64,000 nt of DNA from Trichoplax adhaerens (lineage: Eukaryota; Animalia; Placozoa). The stretch covers positions 1,736,001 through 1,800,000 of the forward strand of contig NW_002060954.1 in NCBI RefSeq assembly GCF_000150275.1, in the 5' to 3' direction. This document shows, one piece after another, positions 26,616-40,600 of this stretch. The notes below the pieces were generated by a model. It ran no database searches and had not been told where the DNA came from. It was given only the letters and a program-made list of their open reading frames with translations. Position 1 is the stretch's first letter; each line of letters begins with the position of its first letter. A program made the translations under genes and the position numbers.

Positions 26616-28564
26616 AAAAACGCCAGAATTTATAGAAGTATTTTTGACTTTAAGTGCCAATATTAGTAGCTCGAACACATTTTATGTAAATTTAAATTAC
26701 ATATTCGCATAAAGCGTTTTATTTCCAATCTAATGATTCCAAATTTGTCTAATAACGACTTAAAATTATAATTTCGTATAGTTTCAATCACGGGGAAAGA
26801 CTTATGAGACCCCCTCTGTACATGGTACTCACAGCATAAGAGGTACCACTGTATTGGAATATCGGGGATTACAATATTAAACTAAAGAGAAATGGGAGAA
26901 ACTCTCTTTTCTCTATGGTAGTCTCTGAGAAAGCTGTACTTACTCCACGATACCAATCGAGACCGTATAAAGTACAGTATATATATATATATATGTATCT
27001 ATTTATTAAAGCATTAGGTACCGCTATACCGTAGATGATAGCGGCGGATTTGTGCTAGTCATTTATAAATTAACTCACTACTAGTCGGGGATTCTAGGTG
27101 ACGCCTAGTTAGTTATCAATATTAAAAATGTAAACTCAAATCGAAGTTCAGATTTAGAAACAGTAGCATAATCTGGTAATATGCTATAATTCTACAGTAT
27201 GACACAATTATAGTAGGCCATTTCCAATCGCTACGCCACGGCCTCCCTTAAAACTCCTGCCTTCCGATTGTATCGTAGTTTCTGCATCGATGGTCAAGTC
27301 ACTCGCCATAGCATAGTTGCAAGGTATCGGGTACCGAGTGCGCAATGGATACTGCTGAAATTGCAATCGCGACTACTGCACATTTCTTTAGTAGTTCCTG
27401 ACTTTATCAAGGTCAAAAAGTGCTCAAATTTGACGATTTTAGCTGTAAGGCTTAAATACCTTTTAACCTAAATACTCCACACTCTTGCACTGTACTAATC
27501 ATTTTTCATAATGAGCCAACATAGTATCTGCATTGAATAATAATAATAATAATGAAATGGCATACCTATCATACTGCAATAGCATGCTGAAGGAATTCGT
27601 CGTCGTTATTGGAATCAGTTAATAATAATAAATTGTAAAGTATCTAGGACACTGGCACATTTCATATCCAATAGAACCATTTAGAAGTGTGTGAAAGTAA
27701 TTGCAGCTGTTAATTTATAAATTGCAATAGTGTTTGCTTGCATCTGCACTTCATGTCTTAATAGAATAAGATTTTTTCTGCTCCAATGGCATAGAAAAAG
27801 TAAGATGTTGACAATATACGTTGTTAATCAATTCTTTCGACTTGAATTGATAATAAATTAACAGCATGAGAATCATTAAGATATTGCCACGATACTACTT
27901 TGGCGACAGGTTAACTCATCATCATGCACTTCCTCTTCCTCTATTACTATAAATTGCCAAATGTTCAAATAACGCCATCGACGCAATTTCATCTCAGGAT
28001 TAAGGCGTGATTAAGTCAACATAATTAAATATTTAAAATAGCTCATCTTTAATTAGATACCAGCTACATCTGCTGGTTATACAGTACTGTACAGTGCGGT
28101 ACTAGGCGAACTCAACGCCAGTTACAGTAATAAAGTGCGGATGTGTACAGGAGTATTCTGTTAAGAATGTTGTAGTACGTAAAATCGTCGATACATATTA
28201 TTAAATAGTAATTAATACGAAGGCGAGTCAATATTATAATAAAAGATATACAATAAAGCCGTAGGCACAAGCTAAAATCTCAACATAAATGTCTGTACCG
28301 TTAAACAAACTATTCTATACGTATATGTCGGATACGTGTATGCTAAAATAGTTGGTCATTTATATGTGCCTGTTTAAATACACTACAAAGTATCGTATTG
28401 AAATACAGTATTAGCACCGGTACTTGAGAAGAAGACAATTTTATTCAATATCGACTTGAAACAGAAGAAATATTGATTATATTACTGTATATCTGGATAG
28501 ATTCTTTCCACCAGGAGGAGTTGCAAGGCTATAAATTAGTTTTTCTATTTCAAGCTGAAGTAAG

Positions 28565-31500
28565 ATGACCATATCTCCATTATCGCAACAAGGTAATGCG
28601 CGTGTACTGTAGAATTATTTTTTTAATAATTATAATCGCACACATTAGGATAAAGATAGTATAGTAAAGCGCTGAATTTTATTATCGGCGTGTCTTAGGC
28701 CGATTTTTAATTACTCCAATATTGTTTTAAGGGATGAAAGAAACGTCAAAAAATCAACCATCAGAGGATCTAAAATCCGTAAAACGTCTTCACCGACATG
28801 ATAAAAGCATTATGCAATCCATACTGAAATTTCTGTATCAGCCGATCGATCCGTCATCTCTTGGTATTACAAGGGTTTTATTCGGTGAGAACTATCTACT
28901 GCACTTGACACGGTATTACTTAAATGGGTGTTCAATCTGTTTAAGTATGCTGCAGAAATTAAATCTTATTTAAAGCCTAGCTTTTAAATTAACTGTAAAA
29001 TGCTATCTAGGCTTTTTGATGATCTTTGATATTACACAAGAACGTGGCATGGTTTACATCAACTTAAGATGGGGTGATCCGAAAGCCTGCGAATTTCCTT
29101 TACTAAGCAATTTACCAATCTTATCTGCTGACTGGATGCATATTTTGTATTTGTCGATGATTGCTGCTGCTATCGGTATATGTATCGGATTTTACTATCG
29201 TATCGCTAGTATCTGGCTTGCACTAGGCCATTGGTACCTTATCTTGATAGATAAAACTGCTTGGAATAATCATACATATCTTTTCGGCCTTTTTACAATC
29301 TTCTTTTCAGTTACGAATGCTAATCGATGGTGGTAAGTTGCCATATTTATTGATATTGAAGTATAGTTGTGACAAAAGAGAAATCACCACGATCACTTTA
29401 AAAGTGTGATATACGTATCGATGTAGATATCTCTTCTACATGGCTATTATGCTTCTTTTATCTACTACAATTTTAAGTTTACTAATTATATATAATTAAT
29501 TAAACCCTATAATTTGAACAAAATCAAGGTCTGTTGATGGAGTCTTAAATCAAAAAATTAATAATGTTCATATTCCACGTTGGAACTTAGCGCTGTTTCA
29601 GTTTCAGGTAAATACAACTACAAAATAAATTAAGTATGTGGTACCTTATCATCGGATGACTTACTGTAAATATTTATACTTCGAAACAGATTTTCTTGGT
29701 ATATTTCTTAGCTGGCGTGAAGAAACTTAATTCTGACTGGATTACGGGTAGTTCAGTTACGACGGTTGGCAGTCATTGGGTTTTTGCCCCTTTGCGTTTA
29801 TTATTAACTACCCAACAAATAAGCCAATATGTTTTGCATTATGGTGGATTAATCTTCGATTTAATTGAAGGATACTTACTCTTTTTCAACATTACTCGAC
29901 CCTTAGGAATTGCATTGGGCATTTACTTTCATATTTGTAATTCGCAGATTTTCACCATAGGAATTTTCCCTTATGCTATGTTAGCCACTCTTCACATCTT
30001 TTGTAATCCTGATTGGCCAAAAAAAGTTATCATGAGGCTGTCACCTCGATGGAGAAAATATTTCTTGCTCGATACACCACCAAAATATTCAGCATCCAAT
30101 TGTTATTATAACGATTACAATCCAGATGACACTGGAAGTAGTGATCAAGAACGACTAGGTGATTCTGTTATAGAGAAGAAGTGGATACAGGAAGATTCCA
30201 CTAAAACGAAAGGAATACAACAATTTAATTCACAAAATCGGCTGACGATGGCCATACTAGCTGGATATGTAACTCTGCAACTTTTTCTACCCTTCTCTCA
30301 TTTTATAACCCAGGTAAAAACTACTGGTATATACTGTCTAACAAATGTAATTGTCGACTATGAGTATAGGATCATCAATTCATTTTAAGTCAAAATAGAT
30401 TAAAGATATTTTCTGCATTATCTAGTTTAAATATTCCGTTCAAGATGTGATAGAAATACTTATCTCTTATATTAGGGCTACAATACATGGAATGAGCGTG
30501 GTCTTTACGGGTATTCGTGGGATATGATGGTAAATAGCTGGTCTTACCCTAAAATTAAAATCTTAGTTGTGGATTTATCTAATGGTAAACAGTATGGCGT
30601 TTTACCAAAGGTAATATAACTGCTAATTAAGGCAATCACTCAATATCAGATTTTATCAGTTCTTGCATTAGACCATGAATGTATTTACATCAGCATTCCA
30701 TTTAAACATCGCATTACCAAATTCTATACTTGAATATTTCGGTTCATATTTGTAATGCTTTCAAAATTGATGCTCCAAAATATTTATCAACTTATATAGT
30801 ACGATATGTAATATCAATTTTATAATGACGATTTCATTAAGTGAATATAGTAAAATGGATATTTTGCAAGAAAATGGATGTACTAGCTATTAAGATCAGT
30901 ATCAAGTAATAGCAAGGATAATTCATTTTATAAAACAACGTTATTTAAATGTTTATTTGTCTCCTATAAACTTATTAAAGTATCACGCTTCGATAATAAT
31001 TATTACACATTGGTCAGAGTCCAATATTGCTAACTGAAATAGGTTCAATGTAATGGCCGATAATTAATCTGTAATTAAAAAATATTTACCGCTCCATGAT
31101 ATAAAAATATTCTTGTGTATAAGTATTGATGCCGAATATGAGCGATGGTATAGCTAATTTAAGATAATTTTTTATTAATTAATCTTATATCTTCATTTAC
31201 ATATATACTGCACTTTAGAGCTTTATTGGTGGCGCAGATTCAAGATTTCTACGCTGGAGTACTTATCCTAGCATGATTAAGCAATACGGCAATTGTCTTG
31301 CGAAACAAATGAAAACTTCGTATGAAATTAAACAGCCAGCAGTGTATTTGGATATTTGGAAGTCAATGAATGGTCGATTTAGGCAAAGGCTTATCAATCC
31401 AAAAGTTGACATCGTTTCTGCACCGTGGTCACCATGGAAAAAGACTCCCTGGTTAATGCCATTGCTAGCTAATTTAACCAACTGGAGAAATAAAATGCCC

Positions 31501-32022
31501 GAGCTTAAGAAAAGATATTCTATAGACGATAAAAGTCGAATTATACGATTTTATGCTGATTTCCCTGGCTATACACAAGAAGTACCTGTTCCAGCTGCTC
31601 TGCAAGCTAACCTAACTGTCCTTGAAGGTCAAGTCGAGGTTAATGCTAGCCGTTACATTTACAAATTAAACCCGAAAATGACAATTAGGTTACCTTCTAA
31701 TGTCACACATACGGTCACTGTTACCTCCGAAAGGCCTGCCGCTTATTTCTATCGGATTGAAAATGCAACGCTAGCAAGGATTCTAGCAGAAGAGAAGGAG
31801 AATATAAAAAATAGAGTAGAAGATTATAGCCCTAAGAGCTATCTTACTTATTTTAGCACCAGCGTTCGATTCGTTACTGGAAATATAATAGAGTTTTTGA
31901 AAAGTAAAGTTTTAATTTATTATCACATTGCCATAAATACTTTCGATGCTATTCAAAATATTATAGAATCCGAAAATATCACGGATTCAACTCTAGATTC
32001 AGTTTCGCCTTCTAATAATTAA
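28565..32022 (+). CDS. GGCX: Vitamin K-dependent gamma-glutamyl carboxylase, paralogue 1
   Basis: Micro-exon 28565-28592, then exons with PIDPSSLGITRVLFG, ERG, DKTAWNNHTYLFG, NRWWSVDG, VYFLAGVKKLNSDW (catalytic KK), GLYGYSWDMMV, VYLDIWKSMNGRFRQRLINPKVDI, FYADFPG. Confidence 0.95.
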
Positions 32023-34189
32023 AATTAGACGATAAATATATTACTTAATAAATTAAGTTGATAAATATCTAAGGATCATTTATAAAAGCCTAAATAATTG
32101 TAATTCGGCTAAAGCCATAACGTTATCGGTCATGCTATAATTCTAAGAGCTATGAGCAGCATTGCGATATTGTATATCATACTATCATATAATAGGCTGA
32201 GTTCTACATATTTAGATCTCTTTATGAAATATACAGGATGATACATCACTTATTATTGCGTAATGAATGCTTTATTGGCCCCGAAGGTTCACAGTCTTCT
32301 TAACTCAAAATTTGAGTTAATAAAAGGGTACACTTTCATTATACCTTCCATTATAAACAATTACTTTAATAAGTACATTATATCTGATTATTCTACGCCA
32401 CTTAGTGCTTTCCCTCTTATTATTACCACACTTACCACACTTTCAAAACATAACTACTATAATTAGCCAAAATTGCTATATATTGCAAATGTCTTTACAT
32501 TACTTAACACTGTATGCCAAATAAAAGATTAACGTAGACTTTGATTATGAATTTATTTTGGTCTATCATAACCTGTAGCAACGTAGTATAGATGTACCGT
32601 ACGTAAGAAATAAAATATTTTAAATCGATAAGGCAATTATTAGCATTATATAATGATTTCATCATCATTCTAGCTCTCAAAGTATTGTACTCCTATACTG
32701 TACCTTAAAAGTTTTGGTAACTGACTGTGATTAAGCGATTCTTAGTAGTTGGCATGTACAATCTTTTACTTCGATTTATTCTATCGATGGAATTTATTGC
32801 ACGCAGTACGATTGAACATTTGGACTTAATAATGGCATGACGGTGCTTTTCTGTTTATAAACTTCAGTGTTAAGGTCGTCAAAATTCGTAAAAAGTGAAA
32901 ATTTTACAGATATTGATTACCCTATTAAAAAATATGGCTGCGCAAAATTTAAGCAATTACGGATATGTTGCCTGTTAAAATACACATATAGTTCCTAGGA
33001 TAATAAATTTATATTGTTTATCACATATAAAAGTTAATGCAACTAATTGCCTTACATTTTGTGAATTAGGTGCTGTGATAACTCCATAACCTATAGTGGA
33101 ATTCATTTCTACCACTTTTAAAGACTTAATCAGATCAGTTTCATAGGCGATCCTCTTAAAGCAATACTTATTTCATTGCAGTAAAATTTAAGATTTTAAA
33201 ATCATAGTACATCTCATTTATTAGGATTGCTACGTAATAAAAGAATGAAATCAAATCGCTGAATCTTGCACACTAATATATGCCTTCTTATTGATAACAT
33301 TTGAATAAAGCAAATATCATTAAATCAAAAGATTTTGATAGACTAATGTTGATTCTGCTGTAATAGCTATGTGCGTATTTCTTTTGTCTAGTTAATGAGT
33401 ACGATGTATGCAGTTTACACATTCTGCAGTTAACCTATTTTTATAATTCATACTGCCAATAATCGTCTTGCAAAAAAATAAGAATTTACTATAGTAGCAG
33501 TAGCTTTTAAAGGTTTTAAAATTATTCACTTACAGATTTATTTCTAAATATTCTATTGATAGCAGGATAGAAGTATCATTCTTGGATGCTGTATAAATCT
33601 GCACTAGTCAGGAGCTAAAAATTCTCTAACGGCAGCAAGCACCAAAGTTTTGGATCACTGATTTAGATATTCTAGTAATTATGTGTGGAAATAGCACAGT
33701 AGTTATGTTTCTAGCAATAAATCATATTTAGTCAAAACTATAAATCTTCTAACAGTCACAGATATCGAAGATCCTACCTACATCTCGCAAATTATCTATA
33801 GCATTTATCGTCGTGAAGTACTAGCAGGCTTGTTATATAAATTAGCCTAAAATTGTATACTCTTAACAATGTTACTGATGATTTTGAATCGCTTATTCTG
33901 AAATTTGTTTCTGGACATGAGAGTGTCTGTAGTAAAATGGCTATTTATATATAGCGAAATCAGGAATTACGGCAAAAATATGATTCTGCGACAGTAGTTC
34001 ACATCAGAACTATTAAGTCAATCATTTAAAGATTTTTTTCTATGTATTAGAGTACATGTACCATGGAAATACCGGTAGTATATATTCATCTAATGAAATA
34101 GCGATGAAATTTTAAACGTAATATATTGAGGATAAATTTTACATCAAGTTTATGTACACATAATAAAATATGAGAAGGTTTTATTATCA

Positions 34190-35965
34190 CAATCTATAAA
34201 TATTGGTAAAAATTCGTACGCTCGCGGAATTTGATATGATGTGGTATAGTTGCAATTATTGATTTCTATGTGTCTGTTTTTTAGCGAATAAAAGTTGATT
34301 TAGTTGCTGTTCGTAAACGTATCAGTCTAGTACTTTAGAGTCCATATAATATTCTATTGAACTAGTAGGCGAAATACCGTACATTAATTAAACAACCTAA
34401 TTATAGCAAAGGCAAGTAATGTAGTGTTCAATTCTATGTAAACTATAAGTTTGAGTAAATAGCTCTCTAAAAAAATTGTCCATACCGTTCATCAATCAGT
34501 ATAGCATATTATACATTCACCGTAAATAGTACACTAGATAAAACGATAAAGTTTATGTCGCAAATGAAATGTTTTCCCTTTTATATCCGGATAATTCAGC
34601 TGATACAAGTTAAAATGTGGACTGTAATCATTGTAGCGAACAACATTATGAGCCTCTAATAGCTGGAAAAAAATTGTATCCATTTCATCTTTCTCTAATA
34701 ACGTCAACAACTGTACCGTATGAAGTTTTGTTGTTATTGATAATGCTTACTGCAATACTTTTGAGACGTGTAGTAAAGAAAGAAAGAAAGAATATCACAA
34801 AGAGAAGATGATACTGGATTTATTAGTACCATATGAATTAGTGTTATTTACGATATTAACTTTATAACGTATTATTAATTTACCTACATCACGTGTAAAT
34901 GTACGCTCACACTTGGGTTCAGGTACTGTATTTGTTTATACTTTATTTTATCTCAATAAATATAAAAGAGGCTTTGAGACCATGCTAGAAATGACACTTT
35001 GAGTAAATACTGGTAGTAGCATCCAACTATCGCTTCGTTAGAGCAGGTTTAGAGTAACCAGATTCGGCTACTGATGAATGCGCTATAAGAAGCTGTAATG
35101 ATCGCTATGAAATTAGTTAGAGTCTTTTTTTAATTAGTCTTAGTCTTAGTCCGCAATAGAATATGCTTCTTAATATATCGAGACACTAGCTATTAATTTA
35201 AGATAAACTACTTTGCTACTTTGCCCACGTATTATTCTCTCTATATTAGTCAAGCATAAATGTTGATCTATCAAATTCTAGGACTTCATAACACGCTTTT
35301 AAAATGATGTCGAGTTAATAATTTAATGTTCTATTATTTTTAGCTTCAAATTACACTTTGCGAATCATTAGATATCAAAAAATATTAACCATTAATAAGA
35401 AAAACAAATTTCCTGTCTATGGTATAGTAATTTTCAACCTACGTGCACCGCATAGAGTAACAAGTGCAACGGAAAAGTTACTAAAATTAACAAAAATACA
35501 TCATATTACGGCAATTAATTTTTTATTTTCCGAGTATCATATTGTTGTCATTATTCTAGTGTACAGTATTTTACTAGCTTTAAGATATCCGAGTAAGTTC
35601 TTCTATAGATTTATAAACACCGTACCGAGCTAAGATATATTGTAATTCGATGCTATTTTTACCTCTATTTAAATTCTGTACCTAATTTAATATCAATAAT
35701 ATACTCCCAAATTTGACCATGATATTCATTAACCACAACGTTAACGAGGAAATCTTAGTATTTTAATTTATTACTATCTATCGTAAATACAAACCTCTGG
35801 CAGTCATGATGGTCACTTTAAGTGGATTGAAATCTTCAATTAATGGAGCGAAATAAATAAAAAATTAGCTTAAAATGAACACTTATGCAAGCCAGATGTG
35901 GCACACATGTTTTAAAAACGTATCCCTAATTCATACCTGAATTATTAATCACTTTTAGAATAATT
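34190..35965 (+). repeat. Non-coding segmental duplication, copy 1 (paralogous to 42855-43630 plus 47565-48545)
   Basis: Collinear shared blocks such as AACGTATCAGTCTAG, AAATAGCTCTCTAAAAA, TACATTCACCGTA, AAAGAGAAGATGATACTGGATT, GATTCGGCTACTG, AAAAAATATTAACCATTAATAAG and TGCAAGCCAGATGTGGCACACATGTTTT. Confidence 0.85.
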
Positions 35966-37618
35966 AGCATCGTAATACTCGTTGTACAATGGATGCAGTT
36001 AAAATTTTACTGAGTCCATTCAGACGTAATAGCCGAACTTAATTTAGTCGTATATTGGCGACTCTTCATTGTCCTGAACCAGGGCGTGATTACGCATTAG
36101 GAAAGTAACTTGTATTTATGGCTGACGTAGAACGCTCTATATTAGTAGTGCCATATTCTTAACCTAGAATTACAACGGCTATAATACTAAGGATGTTGTC
36201 TTGAGCAGGTATTACTAAAGCAAAAGGGGAAAATAGACTACTCTTAGCATCATTCTAGAATTTCATGGATCTTGACCGACCAACCTAATGAAATTGACAA
36301 TTTTTATTAAAGTTTTAATCATTGTAAGCTATTCTGAATAGGCATTACAGTATTAGCCGAGAGCACAACGCATATTGGTAGATCAATCCAACTGCAAGGA
36401 TATTTTCCATTTTTATCATTTTTTTATAGCTATAATCTATTGTAATTTCGTTAAATTTTAATATGCGTCATAGCTAATTGTCTAAATAATGATGATCCTT
36501 AATATCCTCTGATATGGAGGGTACGGTATGGTAGCCCTGACTTTAAAAATGTTTTTTTATTAATTTTAGGTTACTAAACTGCCATACCAGTAAAATATCA
36601 GGATAGCACGTAGACTTTTGCTAGTTTCATAATCGAGATTTATGAATTTACCGGTATGCTTTATTTCTAAGTTACAAGTGAAATTAAGGCGTAGAACCTA
36701 AATTCTCTGTCTTTCACTTAACCCTTTAATTCGCGCAGCCGCTTTCGCAGTTTCTCTTAGACTTATGGTTGCCGTATGAAAACAACACAGTTATACGATA
36801 AGTATTTAATAACCAACCTTCCATATAAATATCACAATGACAACGATATTCTCGTTAACAATTTCTAGTAATTAATTGACCGATATTTCATATATATGTG
36901 GTACAAAGATTAGTAGATGAATTAAAATATTACCTTTTTATTAATTAAGATTCTAATGCCTGTAAATATTTGATGTATATGCATGGTAACAGATACTGTA
37001 CTGTACTTGGAAAGAATTGAGGCTGTAATCTTTTCAGCTTAGTAAGTAGATTAGATTTAACTCAGTCCTAGTGCAGAAATATCTCATGTTTACGTACTTT
37101 AAGATTCGTTGCTTTATTTATTTTTATCTATCGCATTTCAAATTCAATAAATCGCTAATTAATCCATTTAACTGACTTGAAATAAATAACATGAGCTTCC
37201 ACTTTTCATCTTAAGATACAATTTGAAAAATCAAGTATTTATTATAAACCTTTTATATAAAGGAAATACGCGTAAATCTACGATATCTGACTGATCTACA
37301 TTATAACATAATATTATGTGGTAGCTAATTATGGCTATTATATAAGATGCAGTAATATACAGCAATACAATACTTGATAGCTATGAATATGTGTATCGAT
37401 AATCGTATAAAACATTTTATCTATCAAAATTCGCTGAAGATGAAAGATATCCAATGCTTTCATGCGTATGATATTGAAATACCAGGATGATTGATTTGAT
37501 AAAGAATAATAATCGAATTTTAAATAACTTTCGATACATAAAATGAGCTCTTCATGCTTGCATTGACTGAAATAGTGTAAGTAGCTGCCATATTATTATA
37601 GAGTACATAGAGAGGGCC

Positions 37619-40600
37619 TTAGAATGTTTCTGATGATAAAATTTCGAAAAATTTCTCATGCATTAAAGCAGCTTCCTCGTGCTTACCTTGATCTTCATAA
37701 AGCTGTCCAATGGCGAAGTATAAACTTGCAATTGCTGGATGGTTATGATCAAGGACCAATCGTCGAATTCTAAGTGATTTCTTAAACATAGAAATAGCCT
37801 CTTCATGATTCTTTTGGTCACAATATATAGCTCCTAGATTACTATATGAGTCAGCAATAGAAGGATGATTGTGACCAAGGAATGAACATTGAACTTTGAG
37901 TAACTTCTTATATGTAGAAATGGCCTCTTTAAGTTTACCTTGCTTAAAATAGGCGTTTCCCATGTTATTATATATTGCAGCAAGATCAGAATGATTATCA
38001 CCAAGGATTGACAATTGAATTTTGAGTGAATTCTTATACATAGATATACTCTCCTCATACTTTCCTTGGTCAAGATAGACATTTCCGATGTTGACATATG
38101 TCATGACAAGATCGGGATGATTATGACCTTGGACTGACAATCTAATTTCAAGTGATTTCTTATGCATAGAAATAGCTTCTTTATATTTACCCTGTCTTCT
38201 ATAGCAGATTCCTAAACTACTATATGAATGGGCAACTTGGTGATGATTGTGACCAAAAAGTGACAACCTAATTTTGAGCGATTTCTCATGCATAGAAATA
38301 GCTTCATCATCCTTTTCTAACTCGTAAAGGCTAAGCCCAATATTATTATATGCCATAGCAAGATTGTGATCATCGCAGTCTGTGACTAATATTTGAATTT
38401 TAAGTGACTTCTCGTAATTAGAAAAGGCTTCTTCATACTTACGTTGAGCATAGTAAATATTTCCTATCTCACTATATGATTGGGCGACATCAGTGTGATT
38501 ATCACCTAAAGTGGACTTATGGATTTTGAGCGACTTTTCATACATAGAAATAGCCTTTTCATGCTTGCCCTGCTTAAAATAGGCATTTCCTAAGTCCTTA
38601 TATGATCTAGCCATATCGGGATGATTGTCATCAAGAACAGATAATTTTACTTCGAGTGACTTCTTATACATAGAAATTGCCTGTTCACAATTTCCTTGAT
38701 TCATATATGCAGTTCCTATTCTGCTATATGACATAGCCACTTTTGGATGATTATGACCAAGGGTTGACAATCGAATTTTAAGTGCCTTCTTATGCATAGA
38801 AATAGCCTCTTCATGCTTATTCTGAATAGCATAAACAATTCCCATATTGTCCTTTATATCAGCGATATGGGGATGATCGCCTTTATGGACTAATAATTCA
38901 ATTCTGAGTGACTTCTCATACATCGTAATAGCTTCTTCATGCTTGCCTTGTTTAAAATGCTCGTTCCCTAAATTGATATACGAATCAGCAATTTGGGGAT
39001 GATCGTGACCGAGGACTGATAATTGAATATTGAGTAACTTTTCGTACATGGAAATAGCCTCTTCGTGACTTTCTTGTTTAGCATACTCATCAGCTAGATT
39101 GCTGAATGAATTAGCAACTTCGATATTATCTTCGCCAAAGACTGACGAACGAATCTTTAGCGATTGTTTATACATAGAAATGGCTTCTTTATGTTTACCT
39201 TGATCGCTATATACCATTCCTATATTGCTATATAATTTTGCAACTTCAGGGTGATTGTGGCCAAGGACTGATAATCGAATTTTGAATGATTTCTTATACA
39301 TTGAAATAGCATCGTCATGCTTACCCTGACGAAAATAGACGTTTCCCATCTCATTGTATGATTCAGCTAAGTGGGGATTACTAGAGACTGATGATTGAAT
39401 TTTGAGTGACTTTTCATACAGAGAAATAGCCTCTTCGAACTTTCTCTGATGAAAAAAAACATGCCCCATGTTACTATATGAATTGGCAATATCGGGATGA
39501 CTATGATCAAGGACTGATAATTGAATTTTAAGTGCCCTCTCATACATAGTAATAGCATCTTCAGATTTGCATAGATGAGCATAGGCATTTCCCAGATTTT
39601 TGTATGATATTGCAACATGAGGATGCTTGTCACCAAGGACTGACAATTGAATTTTAAGTGACCTTTTAAACATCTCAATGGCTTCTTCATACTTCTTTTG
39701 AATGGAATAAACTTGCCCTAAGTTGTTATATGACATGGCAACATCGGAATGATTGTGACCAAAGACTGACAATTGAATTTTGAGTGACTTGTTGTGCATA
39801 GAAATAGCCTTTTCATGTTTGCCCTGCTCCTGATATACAACTGCCATGTTGTTATATGACTTAGCTACATCGTCATGCTCGTGACCAAAGACAGATAAAT
39901 TAATTTTGTGTGATTTCTCGTACATAGAAATAGCATCTTCATACTTGCCCTGATTGTAATAGATATTTCCAATATTATTGTATAATGCAGCAACATCTAG
40001 GTGATTACTACCAAGAGTAGACAGATAAATTTTAAGTGACTTCTCATACATAGAAATAGCCTCTTCATGCTTGTTCTGATTTCTATACACAATGCCTATG
40101 CTATTATATGATCTAGCAACATCAGGATGATTGTGATCATAGACTGATAGTCGAATTTTGAGAGATTCCTCGAACACAGAAATAGCTTTTTCATACTTGT
40201 TTTGATCACAGTAGACCCATCCTAAGTTATAATATGATGCAGCAACATCAGGATGATTATGGCCGTGGGCTGATAATCGAATTTTGAGCGACTTCTCGAG
40301 CATAGAAATAGCTTCTTCAAGCTTGCCTTGCTTTCTGTAGATAGTACCAATATTGTTATAAGACTGAGTAACGTCAGGATGATTATGGCCAAGGGCTGAT
40401 AATCGAATTTTGAGCGACTTCTCGAGCATAGATATGGCTTCTTTATGCTTACCTTGATCGCCATACACAATTCCGAGATTGTCATATGATGCAGCAACAT
40501 CAAGATGGTTATCACCAAGGGCTGACAATTTAATTTTGAGTGATTTCTTATACAAAGATATAGCAACTTTGTACTTCTTTTGACTTTGGTAGATCTTTCC

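Noticed and set aside
27220-27235. TTTCCAATCGCTAC identical to part of RNA copy C (~18900-18913)
   Set aside because: No flanking similarity or core motifs; treated as a chance 14-mer.
37834-40566. Short alternative-frame ORFs inside the TPR gene
   Set aside because: Out-of-frame by-products of the 126-nt repeat.
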